NCBI GenBank assembly: GCA_002269645.1
Contig: NIVC01002186.1
Location: 1-64,000, forward strand
Source: Macrostomum lignano
Taxonomy: Eukaryota
Length of the DNA stretch: 64,000 bases
Reading direction: 5' to 3'
This document shows positions 1 to 12,014 of the stretch, piece after piece. The translations under genes and the position numbers were made by a program. The notes under the pieces are model-generated. The model worked only from the letters and a program-made list of their open reading frames with translations, was not told the origin of the DNA and did not search any database. Each line of letters begins with the position of its first letter. Within the stretch, counting starts at the first letter, position 1.

Positions 1-190
1 CGATCAATAAGTATCGATATTGGGCTGATTCTCTGCAAGCAAGTTTTTTTTACTTTTTTACTCTGCAGGGCAGCGCTGGCTGTCTACGTAATTTAATTGA
101 CTTGTGCCGGGCGGGAGACAGCCCCCCCTGCAGGCGTGCCTCCATCGACAGGCATTGTTGACTAGTGGCTGTCCGAAGGGGGTTGTGATT

Positions 191-1263
191 GCCACCTCAA
201 TGTCCTCATGATCCTCCAGTGTCTGTCACTGCTGCTGCCACCTCAATGTCCTCATGATCTCCAGTGTCTGTCACTGCTGCTGCCGCCTCAATGTCCTCAT
301 GATCCTCAGTGTCTGTCACTGCTGCTGCCACCTCAATGTCCTCATGATCCTTCCAGTGTCTGTCACTGCTGCTGCGCTCAATGTCCTCATGATCCTCCAG
401 TGTCTGTCACTGCTGCTGCCGCCTCAATGTCCTCATGATCCTCCAGTGTCTGTCACTGCTGCTGCCACTCAATGTCCTCATGATCCTCAGTGTCTGTCAC
501 TGCTGCTGCCACCTCAATGTCCTCATGATCCTTCAGTGTCTGTCACTGCTGCTGCCACCTCAATGTCCTCATGATCCTTCAGTGTCTGTCACTGCTGCTG
601 CCACCTCAATGTCCTCATGATCCTTCAGTGTCTGTCACTGCTGCTGCCACCTCAATGTCCTCATGATCCTTCAGTGTCTGTCACTGCTGCTGCCGCCTCA
701 ATGTCCTCATGATCCTCCAGTGTCTGTCACTGCTGCTGCCACCTCAATGTCCTCATGATCCTCCAGTGTCTGTCACTGCTGCTGCCACCTCAATGTCCTC
801 ATGATCCTTCAGTGTCTGTCACTGCTGCTGCCACCTCAATGTCCTCATGATCCTTCAGTGTCTGTCACTGCTGCTGCCACCTCAATGTCCTCATGATCCT
901 TCAGTGTCTGTCACTGCTGCTGCCACCTCAATGTCTCATGATCCTTCAGTGTCTGTCACTGCTGCTGCCACCTCAATGTCCTCATGATCCTTCAGTGTCT
1001 GTCACTGCTGCTGCCACCTCAATGTCCTCATGATCCTTCAGTGTCTGTCACTGCTGCTGCCGCCTCAATGTCCTCATGATCCTCCAGTGTCTGTCACTGC
1101 TGCTGCCGCCTCAATGTCCTCATGATCCTCCAGTGTCTGTCACTGCTGCTGCCGCCTCAATGTCCTCATGATCCTCCAGTGTCTGTCACTGCTGCTGCCA
1201 CCTCAATGTCCTCATGATCCTTCAGTGTCTGTCACTGCTGCTGCCGCCTCAATGTCTTCAGTG
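191..1263. repeat. 46-bp minisatellite, ~23 copies
   Basis: Unit GCCACCTCAATGTCCTCATGATCCTYCAGTGTCTGTCACTGCTGCT. Confidence 0.97.
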
Positions 1264-2348
1264 GTGCCGTGCCGCCATGGCCCGGATGTTTCAATTCGCC
1301 TTTAATTTCGCCCTCTTTGCCCACAGTGCAATGTCAATCATCCAGAAGTGCATGCATCAGAAGTTCTACTAAAAAGCAGTCATGTATTTCGCATGCACTT
1401 GTACACCCCTATAGCCGTGTCTCTGCAAGAGAGTAGGAGAGAGAAGTCGCTGGGCAGGGGCAAAGAATGGCTAAGTGAATTCACACACTTTGCGGGAGTC
1501 GCCTGGAACACCGGAAGTGAGCGCTGAGAAGCGGAGGGTACGGGGAAGCAGATGTGTATGCGGATGGAGGCCCCAGTCTCCTCTCCTCTCACCGTGCCGT
1601 GCAACTTCTTCAACCATCGTTTTTCTCTCCTTCACGCAGCCAGCTGGTAGCCCCATTCTCGCACTCCACAGCGTATCACGTGAGTCACGCTGCATGCGGG
1701 AGGCGGACAGAATTTTGGCATACATAAATGACTAAAGTGTGCAGAGTGAGTCTGCGCCCTCGCGACGGACCGCCAGCACGCCTGTTTAACAGCAGTCGCT
1801 GTCAGGGGCATCTCATTGTTGAGCATGAGACCGCAGAGTATGGAGCGAGAGAGAGAGAGAGCGGATGGAGAAGATTTGGATTAGAGGGATTTGGGCTTAG
1901 ACTGCGGACTGCTGCCCTTCCCCTCCTCCTTGCCCTTCCCAGGTGAGGCGCAGCGCCAGCGATGGCGGAGGCTGAGGCTGGGCTTTTGTCAGCAACTGAC
2001 AGGTCATGTTTTATGCAGCTGCCGGTGCCGCTTTGCTCTGCGCTGCTCCCACAGCTGAGCAGGTGGCTGAGCCCGGCAGACTCAGTGGCGGCTATTATAC
2101 TGCCAGAGCTGCTGCTCAAGGTGAGGCCACCAAGCGGCATTCATATTTCATGCGCAAACGCAAATGGACGGGGGGCGTCGGTGCCGCATCATCGGTCCCG
2201 CTCTCAGAGCAGCTTCAAACAGCTCCACAACACTCCTCCCTGACTCAATTGTTCCTCTTTCTGATGGAGTTTATTTTTTGTGCGAGAGATTTCCAATAGA
2301 TAGCAGAGTCCAGAGTCTTCGCTGTAAGAGACCGTCGATATGGATTGA

Positions 2349-2575
2349 AGCCTAGTAGTTAGAGTGTCGGGGTTCGATTCCCGACCCACTCGAACAATTT
2401 GTGTCCTTGAGCAAGACACTTAACTCTGCACTGCTTCAGTTCACCCAGCTGTAAAATGGGTTCCAGCATTAGCTGGAGTAATTGAGGCTGTGTGGCGACC
2501 CCCCAGTCTTTGGACTGAACAGCCGTACGCAGCTTTCAGATGCGGGCAGGTGTGATCAATTATTTATCATTATTA
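2349..2575 (+). mobile_element. tRNA-derived CORE-SINE, internally deleted copy
   Basis: A box AGCCTAGT, B box GGTTCGATTCC, core TGTGTCCTTGAGCAAGACACTTAAC...CTGTAAAATGGG; deletions in the tRNA head and 3' body relative to the other copies. Confidence 0.85.
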
Positions 2576-3216
2576 GAGTCCAGGTATCGATGGCTAGCCT
2601 ATGAAAGCTCGGCCCCAACTCGTATTAGATGTGTCAGCTGAGCTCAATTCGCCTGAAAGAAAGACAGAGTCAGAGTCAGAGTCAGAGTCAGAGAGAGGGG
2701 CATCTGAGAAGACAGATCTAGGCAACAACTTGTGCGATGTTTGCACAATGATGCTCCGTCTATATTGTATCTCAGAAAATTGCAGTCACGAACAGTACGC
2801 CTCCCAACCTTCAGCATTTCCTGGCTCCGATAGAGAGCTCGGCTCGTGGTGGAAGAGCCTCGGTTTCTTGGTATTATCCGAGTACAACTGTGTTTATACA
2901 CCAGTACATCCACTATACTCTTCTGGCGTGACAGTTGGTCAGCAGTCAGCACCCTGGCAGGTAGCTACGGTTGCCTGTAGAAAGTCAGGGCTGCTGTACA
3001 CCCTGTGTGAGCGTGTGTGTGAGTGCGTGCCTGCGGACAGTATTGACACGCTTGGATGCGCTCCCAATGCCGTTGGCTGTTGCGTTGGCGCTGCACCAAC
3101 TTTGCTAACCCCTGAGCACCAGGAGACAAACAGGAGGGAAAAAATTAGATTGAAAAGAGAAGAGCGGAGAGACAGAGACCGATGACGGACGTGCTTAGAA
3201 GTCTGGCCTGATCATC

Positions 3217-3542
3217 TCAGCTCAGCTCTGTCTGTAATAACTCAGGCCACCGCACAAGCACCTCATTGTGAGCCGCCACTTCTGCTCCCCGTATGCATGC
3301 CCTCCCCCCTCTCTTTCCGCTTCCTACGCCATCATTTTTATCGATTTCTTGTTTCCTTTTTTGCCTCCAGGCGGCTGCTCCTCCCATCCCTCTGGTGTAG
3401 GTCGGTGCTGGGGGGGGGGGGTAAAAAAGCGGAGGGATGAGTTTTGGGTTGGACCACGACAGGGCCAAGCTGTATAGCAGCGATCCATTGTCATGCAATG
3501 CGTTCAACTCTGCTGCTGCTGCTGCTGCTGCTTCTAGCGCTG
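3217..3542 (-). CDS. Candidate terminal exon of the TIA-1-like gene (poly-Ala/Pro low complexity)
   Basis: ctctccacctctctgcag acceptor, phase-1 compatible with exon 5640 once the frameshift is repaired; open to a stop at 3217 (AALEAAAAAAAELNALHDNG...YPPPPAPTY...). No domain homology. Confidence 0.25.
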
Positions 3543-4229
3543 CTGCAGAGAGGTGGAGAGATAGCCAGGGGGGGGGGAGAAAGACCCTATATGGTATGGA
3601 ATGCAACATTCTTCTGATATTTAGAGAGTGACAGAGTGAGAGAGGTGCCTTGCGTTCCCTTCTCAGACAGGATACTAACAAGAGTTCTGCCCTCCTTTCA
3701 CCCTCAACTCACCCCTTCACCTCCAACCATATACAGCTTTCATCATTCTTTCTATAGCTTTATGGGGAAAATGGGCTTTGAATGGAAAACAGTGTTGTGG
3801 AGGAGGGCGGGGACAGTGAGACACGCGCTATTGTGGGCGCCTCTCATTCTGCATGGAAAGTCGGGGAACAAGAGTTCCATTAGGAGAGAGAGAGAGGCTG
3901 ATGCTGAAGTGAAGATAAGGATGATGAGGCTTGATTATGTTTTTTAACAAAATTTCTCTATTGCACCATTTTCGACTTTGCCCTGCATAGGTGCCACCTC
4001 TATGCCCAGGCAATATCACTCAGCGAAAGCAGAAAATTTGTTTTTGTCCATCGTCACCTCATCCAGCAGCTCTATGCAATCAAAAACCCCACTCTATAGC
4101 CAAAGATAGTTGAAACGCAACTAAGGGATGTTAATGAGATTAGAATGCGATGGCCTGAAAGCTATTAAAGCAATTTATGATCCCGGGATCCGTAGCCACG
4201 CCATTGCTGTAGCATCACTATAACAATGA

Positions 4230-4527
4230 GGGGCTGTAGCCTAGTGGATAGAGCGTCGGACTCAACGATTAAAAGGTTGGGGTTCGATTCCCGACCCACT
4301 CGGAACAGTTTGTGTCCTTGAGCAAGACACTTAACTCTGCATTGCTTCAGTTCACCCAGCTGTAAAATGGGTGCCAGCTGGGGTAATTGAGGGTGTGTGG
4401 CGACCCCCCAGTCCTTGGACTGAACAGCCGTACGCAGCCTTCAGATGCGCCGCGCAATAGCTGCGGCTGAGCTGTCGGCTGCCCAATTGGGGCAGGTGTA
4501 ATTAATTATTATTAATATTAATATTAT
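4230..4527 (+). mobile_element. tRNA-derived CORE-SINE, near full length
   Basis: GGGGCTGTAGCCTAGTGGATAGAGCGTCGGACTC...GGTTCGATTCC, CORE-like block, AT-rich tail; homologous to four other copies in the window. Confidence 0.9.
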
Positions 4528-5639
4528 CGCTACAGCAGCTTAAAGCTGCAGAAGTCAAAAGGAAAATACTTCTTATTTCGATTGCGCTAAATGCATTCTG
4601 CATCTTTCTATTTGAGTTGTCCATGAAACAAGCATGCGTGATCAGCATCGATCGCCAATAATCATTGTATAGAACTCTTCCGGACTTCAACTGGAGCGCT
4701 CTGCACTTTTTTGACTTCTTCTCCAGCTCCTGCTGCTGCAAATTTGGCCAGTGCTTTTCTCAAGAAGAGATTCCTCCCAGAACTCGGCCGCCTCCTACCC
4801 CCAATTTACACTGCGCTGGGGGGGTATCTTCCTGGCCACCGCCAAGCCGCCCTCCCATCTCATCCTCCTATTTCATTTCTCGATCTCTTCAATCCCAGGC
4901 CCGCTCTCCCTGCCTGCTTCTGCGGACTCTCTGATTGCCTGAATTCTGGCCATCGATTTGGCTCTCACTATATTATATCTATACATATGCATACCAGTGC
5001 GCCAAGTGCGTACTTATTACGTATTGGATTATATACATTTATATATACATATCTATCTGGGCTAAGCGCTGGCGCATATTAAGGTGCCGCTGGTGGGATA
5101 GCAGCAGCTCCGGCATAAATTAGGGGGGGGGCACAACCGCGGCGCTCAGCGGCAACGGCAAAACTTCACTTACCAATCCTCATTCCTCATTGCCCCCGCT
5201 TAGCTACCCTTAGCTTATCTACCGAAGCTCATTAACATATTTTTAATTTTATGCCGCGTCGCCCTTATCAAAGTAATTTCAACCATTATAGCAAACTTTG
5301 CCGCAGTCGGTCCTCGCGGGACCAACTCTTGAAAGTGTTAAATTAAAATGGCAGCATTTATGCTCTCTGCCCTGATTACATCCGGCTTTTTAAAAATCGC
5401 AAAATAGAATGTTGATGGAAAAATTTCAATTTAATTACCGAAATTGCTTTTTTCTGCTTTTTTAAAGCAAATTCAACGCGCAGCAGAGAGGCAAATAGGA
5501 AATTGTCGTTTAAAAGCTAAGTAAACAAATTGAAACCGATTTTAAATGCTGTTATGAAGCTACTTATTAGATGGAATTTTACTCCTGAAGCGAATAGTCA
5601 ACTACGCTTTAAAAGTTCAAGACAATCAAGAAGTCAAAC

Positions 5640-5811
5640 CTGGAGGCTGCGGTGGCTTCCTGACTGCCCAGTTGGTCCGGATGGTTCTCGAGCCCAGCAG
5701 CTGGCCGTTCATCTTTGCATCGCCTCCTCCGCTTCCTCCCTGTTGGCGTAGGCCACGAAACCGTAGCCTTTTGGCTTCTGGGTGTGCATATCCTTGATGA
5801 TCTTGCACTCG
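5640..5811 (-). CDS. TIA1: TIA-1/TIAR-like gene, RRM2 second half (RNP1); contains a 1-nt frameshift as assembled
   Basis: cgcag|C GAG TGC... = ECKIIKDMHTQKPKGYGFVAYANREEAEEAMQ, then in another frame KMNGQLLGSRTIRTNWAVRKPPQPP G|gtttga. Matches the TIA-1 RRM2 motifs KSKGYGFV and IRTNWATRKPP. One A is missing at about 5714-5716. Confidence 0.92.
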
Positions 5812-7089
5812 CTGCGATTTGGGCGCGGAAAGTGGGGGTTGTCAATCGATGCGTTGTCTATGGCCTATGTACAGTAGCTAAGTTTTACTGTATTGATGAG
5901 AGGGTTGTCGACTTAATCGATCGGTGTGTTGTCTATGGCCTATGCACATTAGCTAAATGTAACATGTACAGTTACGTTAAATTTTCTAACCCCTTATAGC
6001 GCGAAGTACGTAAAAGAGCGTATGTACATTTATACTATATATGTACACTAAATACTTTACAATGGTTTTCTTGGCTTTGCAATGTACATTTAAACTATCT
6101 TTCTCTCTAGCATAAGATTTTAAACCGCGTGAACCTCAGTCAGGCCCATCAATAACCGCCGATCGGGCCCGGGGAGTGCAATAATTACTAGCCGACATTA
6201 AAACCGGCCCGAGAACGCTAAAAAAAGTTAAGCGAAGACCCGAGTGTGAAGGTGAAAAAGTTGAGCTATAGGTCGAGCAGATGATGATGGCTAAAGAAAA
6301 CTGTGCCGACGCTGTGTGAGTAATGGCAATAAATCGCGCAGGAGGATGGCTTTGGCAATAAAAATGCCGAACCAACGGACCAAAACGGGTAAAAAAACGT
6401 TGTCGTTCGGATGCGGTAAGACTGCGCTGCTCTGCGGTGAGATGGAGCATTATTCAGTTCTCGATTTTCTCTGTGGGAAAGCGGGAGGTCCCTGGGAGAA
6501 ATGCGATAAGGCGCGCGGAGGAGAGATGAACCACCGGCGCTGTCTTATCTTTCCTTGCACCGTTTTTATCCCCCCGTTTTGCCTCCTTCGCCCACTTAAT
6601 TTTAATCGCAACCCCTCCCCCCCTGTTCGGAGGAGTCTGTGAAGGCCAGTTGAGCCCGCTATGCTTTCCCAGCCTCACAAAACACACAGGCAGCGAACAC
6701 ACATTTCGCCAACTGGGATCTCATTATTTATACAGGTTGTTGGCCGCGAATTCCCACTGCGCTAGCCGCCACTGCCGTCCCAGTCCCGGTTACATGATCC
6801 CCTCAGCTGCTGGTGCTGCATCCTCGCCCCCTCCCAGCTGCTCATCTCCTATTTGGTTCCAAGACAATTATCGGAGTGTCGAAATTCTCTTTAATTACTC
6901 AATACCCCTGGGAAGCCGTGTTCTCCCGTTTGGTTGATTATGCTGATCAATCGATTAATTGATTGGTTAATCTATGAACAGAACTGAAAGTTTAACCTGT
7001 CAAGCGGTTCCGAGTAAGTGCATCAATAAATGTTGTTCTTCATCATTCTTATACTCAGCAGCAGCTGAACTCCCCGCCCTTTGGCTCAT

Positions 7090-8272
7090 GCTACTGTAAA
7101 ACGGGCGCCAAAGCTACTGTAAAATGGACGTCAAAGCTACTGTAAAAGGGGCGCCAAAGCTACTGTAAAAGGCGCCAAAGCTACTGTAAAAGGGACGTCA
7201 AAGCTACTGTAAAAGGGGCGCCCCAAAGCTACTGTAAAAGAGGCGCTAAAGCTACTGTAAAAGGGGCGCCAAAGCTACTGTAAAAGGGGCGCCCCAAAGC
7301 TACTGTAAAAGAGGCGCTAAAGCTACTGTAAAAGGGGCGCCAAATCTACTGTAAAAGGGGCGCCAAAGCTACTGTAGAAGAGGCGTCAAAGCTACTGAAA
7401 AGGGGCGTCAAAGCTACTGAAAAGGGGCGTCAAAGCTACTGTAAAACGGGCCCCAAAGCTACTGTAAAAAGGGGCGCCCAAAAGCTACTGTAAAACGGGC
7501 CCCAAAGCTACTGTAAAAGGGGCGCGCCAAAGCTACTGCAGAAGAGGCGTCAAAGCTACCGTAAAAGGGGCGCCAAAGCTACTGTAAAACGGGCCCCAAA
7601 GCTACTGTAAAAGGGGCGCGCCAAAGCTACTGTAAAAGAGGCGCCAAAGCTACTGTAAAAGGCGCCAAAGCTACTGTAAAAGGGACGCCCCAAAGCTACT
7701 GTAAAAGAGGCGCTAAAGCTACTGTAAAAGGGGCGCCAAATCTACTGTAAAAGGGGCGCCAAAGCTACTGTAAAAGGGGCCCCAAAGCTACTGTAGAAGA
7801 GGCGTCAAAGCTACTGAAAAGGGGCGTCAAAGCTACTGAAAAGGGGCGTCAAAGCTACTGAAAAGGGGCGCCAAAGCTACTGTAAAAGGGACGCCCCAAA
7901 GCTACTGTAAAAGAGGCGCTAAAGCTACTGTAAAAGGGGCGCCAAATCTACTGTAAAACGGGCCCCAAAGCTACTGTAAAAAGGGGCGCGCCAAAGCTAC
8001 TGAAAAAGGGGCGTCAAAGCTACTGTAAAAGGGGCGCCAAAGCTACTGCAGAAGAGGCGTCAAAGCTACCGTAAAAGGGGCGCGCCAAAGCTACTGTAAA
8101 ACGGGCCCCAAAGCTACTGTAAAAGGGGCGCGCCAAAGCTACTGTAGAAGAGGCGTCAAAGCTACTGAAAAGGGGCGTCAAAGCTACTGAAAAGGGGCGC
8201 CCCAAAGCTACTGCAAAAGAGGCGCTAAAGCTACTGTAAAAGGGGCGCCAAAGCTACCAGAAAAGAGGTGCC
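7090..8272. repeat. ~21-24-bp minisatellite
   Basis: Unit CCAAAGCTACTGTAAAAGGGGCG with variable spacer. Confidence 0.97.
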
Positions 8273-8986
8273 AGCAACAGGGGCGCCAACAACAGGGGCG
8301 CCATACATTTTTAACTGCAATTAAGAGAAAGGGCCCGCGGAGTCCTGCCCACCCCTCCTTTGCTAAGCCCCATCATGACATCCAGATCCCCAACCGGTCG
8401 GTAAACTCTGGGACAGCTGGATCCACGTGACAGCGAGTTAGAGGGGGGGATAAGCTGCTGCAGAACCTGAAAGTTTAGACAACGTGAGCATCGCTGCCGC
8501 CATCAGTCCTTGAATAATGATGCCAGAACGAGAATTGGCATAATGAGCTAATAACTTGTCTGCCGAGTTTTCAAGCCAGAACTTCCACAGAAAGGCCGGC
8601 CAGTCAGAACTGGAGGGAGGGAAGGACCGAAGCACTGTTTATTTTCAATCTAAAATCTCATTCCCACAGTCAGGAAGTCATCCCGGGACGCGGATAAAGA
8701 TAGAGAGACAGACAGACAGAAAGCAGAGAAATTGCCTTCACCAACAGCTCTAAAAAATCTCGCCGAGAGTCCAAACTGCCAAAGAAAATGGAAGACTCTG
8801 CTTCTGCTCCGCTTAAAGTCTCGTTTGAGTAGGCAGGATTAGGCTTAGTACGAATTGAGCGTTTCAATTCAATGCCATTGCGTCAGTTTGTGTTAACGCA
8901 AAACGACGGTGACGGCCTCACAACCAACTTAGCCATTGGCTTGTCACTCTTATTCAGTTGTCTGATTTTTCAGCCCCCCCCCTTTT

Positions 8987-10003
8987 CCAGAATCCCGAAT
9001 CCAGAATCCCGAATCCAGAATCCCGAATCCAGAATCCCGAATCCAGAATCCCGAATCCAGAATCCCGAATCCAGAATCCCGAATCCAGAATCCCGAATCC
9101 AGAATCCCGAATCCAGAATCCCGAATCCAGAATCCCGAATCCAGAATCCCGAATCCAGAATCCCGAATCCAGAATCCCGAATCCAGAATCCCGAATCCAG
9201 AATCCCGAATCCAGAATCCCGAATCCAGAATCCCGAATCCAGAATCCCGAATCCAGAATCCCGAATCCAGAATCCCGAATCCAGAATCCCGAATCCAGAA
9301 TCCCGAATCCAGAATCCCGAATCCAGAATCCCGAATCCAGAATCCCGAATCCAGAATCCCGAATCCAGAATCCCGAATCCAGAATCCCGAATCCAGAATC
9401 CCGAATCCAGAATCCCGAATCCAGAATCCCGAATCCAGAATCCCGAATCCAGAATCCCGAATCCAGAATCCCGAATCCAGAATCCCGAATCCAGAATCCC
9501 GAATCCAGAATCCCGAATCCAGAATCCCGAATCCAGAATCCCGAATCCAGAATCCCGAATCCAGAATCCCGAATCCAGAATCCCGAATCCAGAATCCCGA
9601 ATCCAGAATCCCGAATCCAGAATCCCGAATCCAGAATCCCGAATCCAGAATCCCGAATCCAGAATCCCGAATCCAGAATCCCGAATCCAGAATCCCGAAT
9701 CCAGAATCCCGAATCCAGAATCCCGAATCCAGAATCCCGAATCCAGAATCCCGAATCCAGAATCCCGAATCCAGAATCCCGAATCCAGAATCCCGAATCC
9801 AGAATCCCGAATCCAGAATCCCGAATCCAGAATCCCGAATCCAGAATCCCGAATCCAGAATCCCGAATCCAGAATCCCGAATCCAGAATCCCGAATCCAG
9901 AATCCCGAATCCCGAATTCAGAATCCCGAGTCCCGAATCCGAAATCCCGAATTCAGAATCCCGAATCCCGAATCTAGAATCCCAAATTCAGAATCCGGAG
10001 TCT
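8987..10003. repeat. 14-bp satellite (CCAGAATCCCGAAT)n, ~65 perfect copies then a degenerate end
   Basis: Alternating heptamers CCAGAAT/CCCGAAT. Confidence 0.98.
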
Positions 10004-10050
10004 AGCATCCAGCATCCAGCATCTCATATTAATAATCTTGAATCACTCAC

Positions 10051-10138
10051 GTCACGATGCCGAAAGCAGAGAAGGCCTCCTTAAGCTGGTGGGATTCAAT
10101 CTCAGGCGCCAGGTCGCCCACAAAAATGTGATAGTGGC
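10051..10138 (-). CDS. TIA1: TIA-1/TIAR-like gene, RRM2 first half (RNP2)
   Basis: ttttcag|GC CAC TAT CAC ATT TTT GTG GGC GAC CTG...ATC GTG AC|gtgagt = HYHIFVGDLAPEIESHQLKEAFSAFGIVT; 88 nt, phase 1 to 2. Confidence 0.93.
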
Positions 10139-10840
10139 CTGAAAAGGGTGGCGTGAACAACCGGTCCATTTTAATTCACCTTTCTCTAATCTCTTATCCT
10201 TTGGACAAAAAAACTTTACAATAAAGCTGCTGCCTTGCCCACTTCTGCAGCAACTGCTGGCCACAGCCTCCTTCATCAATACCCCCTCATCTTTTGTTAA
10301 ATTATTCAACAACGCTCATAGATTCTCACTCACTCGCTCACTCATTGCTGCTCAATATTATAAACTCACTCCTAGCCTTGGCCCCAGCTATTCTTACTTG
10401 CAGTGTCCCGCCATCATCTCAAGTCGAGCCCAACCTTTCTCTCCCTCACTCTCCTCTCCGCCTCACCACAATTCCTCTCTCGCCTGAGTCTTGGCTGCAC
10501 TCGCGTCTGCAGCAGCCTCTCCGCCTATCCTTGGCTCCCTTTAGAGGGGGTTTTTCAGCGGATTTTCCCTATTTTTATATTCAACTCGCGTGTCGGCCGC
10601 AGTTGAGAATCCAGCTTTGTAGCCTCACGTTATATTCGTTGGCCCAAAAAGTTTAACCACTGAGCAGGATTGATGGCGTTTAGACCATAGAGTCCAAAGC
10701 GGTATGCTGCTGACTGGGTGGTTGCCATGGGGAAATTCATTCGCGAGATTGGAAGTTTCCAGTTTTTTCTTCTCTAGCAAAGCCCCACTCTCAAGGTCCC
10801 GCATAGCCTCAAGTGACCAAGATTGCATAAATGTCATCGA

Positions 10841-11155
10841 GGGGGTTGTAGGCCAGTGGATAGAGCGTCGGACTCACGACTTGAAGGTCGGGGGTTCGAT
10901 ACCCGATCCCACTCGGAACAATTTGTGTCCTTGAGCAAGACACTTAACTCTGCATTGCTTCAGCTCAAAAGCTGTAAAATGGGTGCCAGCATTAGCTGGG
11001 GTAATTGAGGGTGTATGGTGACCCCCCCTCCCCCCAGTCCTTGGACTGAACAGCCGTACGCAGCCTTCAGATGCGCCGCGCAATAGCTGCGGCTGAGCTG
11101 TAGGTTGCACATCTGCCCAATTGGGGCAAGTGTAATTACAATTATTATTATTATT
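10841..11155 (+). mobile_element. tRNA-derived CORE-SINE, full length, in TIA-1 intron (antisense to the gene)
   Basis: A and B boxes, CORE block, (ATT)n tail, candidate TSD ATCGA at 10836-10840 and 11156-11160. Confidence 0.9.
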
Positions 11156-11246
11156 ATCGATGTTAAATTAGAATTTTATCTTAATCTAGTAGTCCAGTCC
11201 CACTATCTAAAATAAATCAAAGCACGCGGTCCAGTGGCTGTCTTAC

Positions 11247-11316
11247 TGGTGGTGTCCAGCTTATGATTTTGCGTTGACAGGGCCAAAGCTGCCGAGGGCA
11301 GAGTCACCTGCAGACC
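11247..11316 (-). CDS. TIA1: TIA-1/TIAR-like gene, linker exon before RRM2
   Basis: cttttgcttccag|GGT CTG CAG...AAG CTG GAC ACC ACC A|gtaaga; 70 nt, phase 0 to 1. Joined to the next exon it reads KLDTTSHYHIFVGDL, matching TIA-1 KKDTSNHFHVFVGDL. Confidence 0.8.
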
Positions 11317-11574
11317 CTGGAAGCAAAAGGTGTCGGGTTGGAAACAGTACGATTGAGCCTCAGGTGCGATTCTAATTTGTATAAGATAACTTTAGTCAAT
11401 TTTTTAATGAAATTCTTTGAAACGCATAAGAGTATAACAATAACAATAATAGTTATAATAATAATAATAGTCATAATAATAATAATATAGACACAAAAGT
11501 CCTTGAAAAGTATGTTAGGAAAAATGGTTCACAAATCTGTGAAAAAGAGGAATTAAAATTATTGTTTTAACGTC

Positions 11575-12014
11575 TATATATTAATCCTGGGTTGCCCAGC
11601 AACCCATGGCGTTTCACATTTTGGAACGCAATCGGTTCATGTTTTATTAGAGTCAGGGGGGCTGTGTGCACCGTGCCGCACTTTAAGCGACATTGTCGCA
11701 CAGCCGGCGAGAGGCATTGCTGCCCATTCCGCCGACTCCCCTGAGCAGGCACACAAGCGCGCGGATACGTACGCAGTCATACGTACGCAGGCACACACTC
11801 ACACAGGAGTGTACAGCGGCCCTAACTTTATTTATCATGAGGCATGTACACTTCACTGTGTCTTGGGGGTTGGCCCTCAAGGCCGTTAATTGCACGAGCA
11901 GAGCCAAGCCGAGATTCCAATTCAGCCCCAAATTAATGTGACTGCACTTGGAATCGAGCCTGGGCCGCTGGCACATCAGATTGCAGCTCCAGACCACTGG
12001 GCTACGCCCCCCCC
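11575..12014 (-). mobile_element. Candidate second tRNA-derived SINE family (single copy here)
   Basis: Head GGGGCGTAGCCCAGTGG (A box)...GGCTCGATTCC (B box-like), ~330-nt unrelated body, 3' end TGTGAAACGCCATGGGTTGCTGGGCAACCCAGG with a 7-bp stem-loop. Confidence 0.5.

Noticed and set aside
8872-10005. 377-aa and 339-aa (NPESRI)n ORFs
   Set aside because: Translation of the 14-bp satellite inside a TIA-1 intron.
11308-11316. Possible 9-nt microexon GGTCTGCAG|gtgact
   Set aside because: It would end in phase 0 while the next exon needs phase 1. The longer 70-nt exon restores the conserved KLDTTSH linker.
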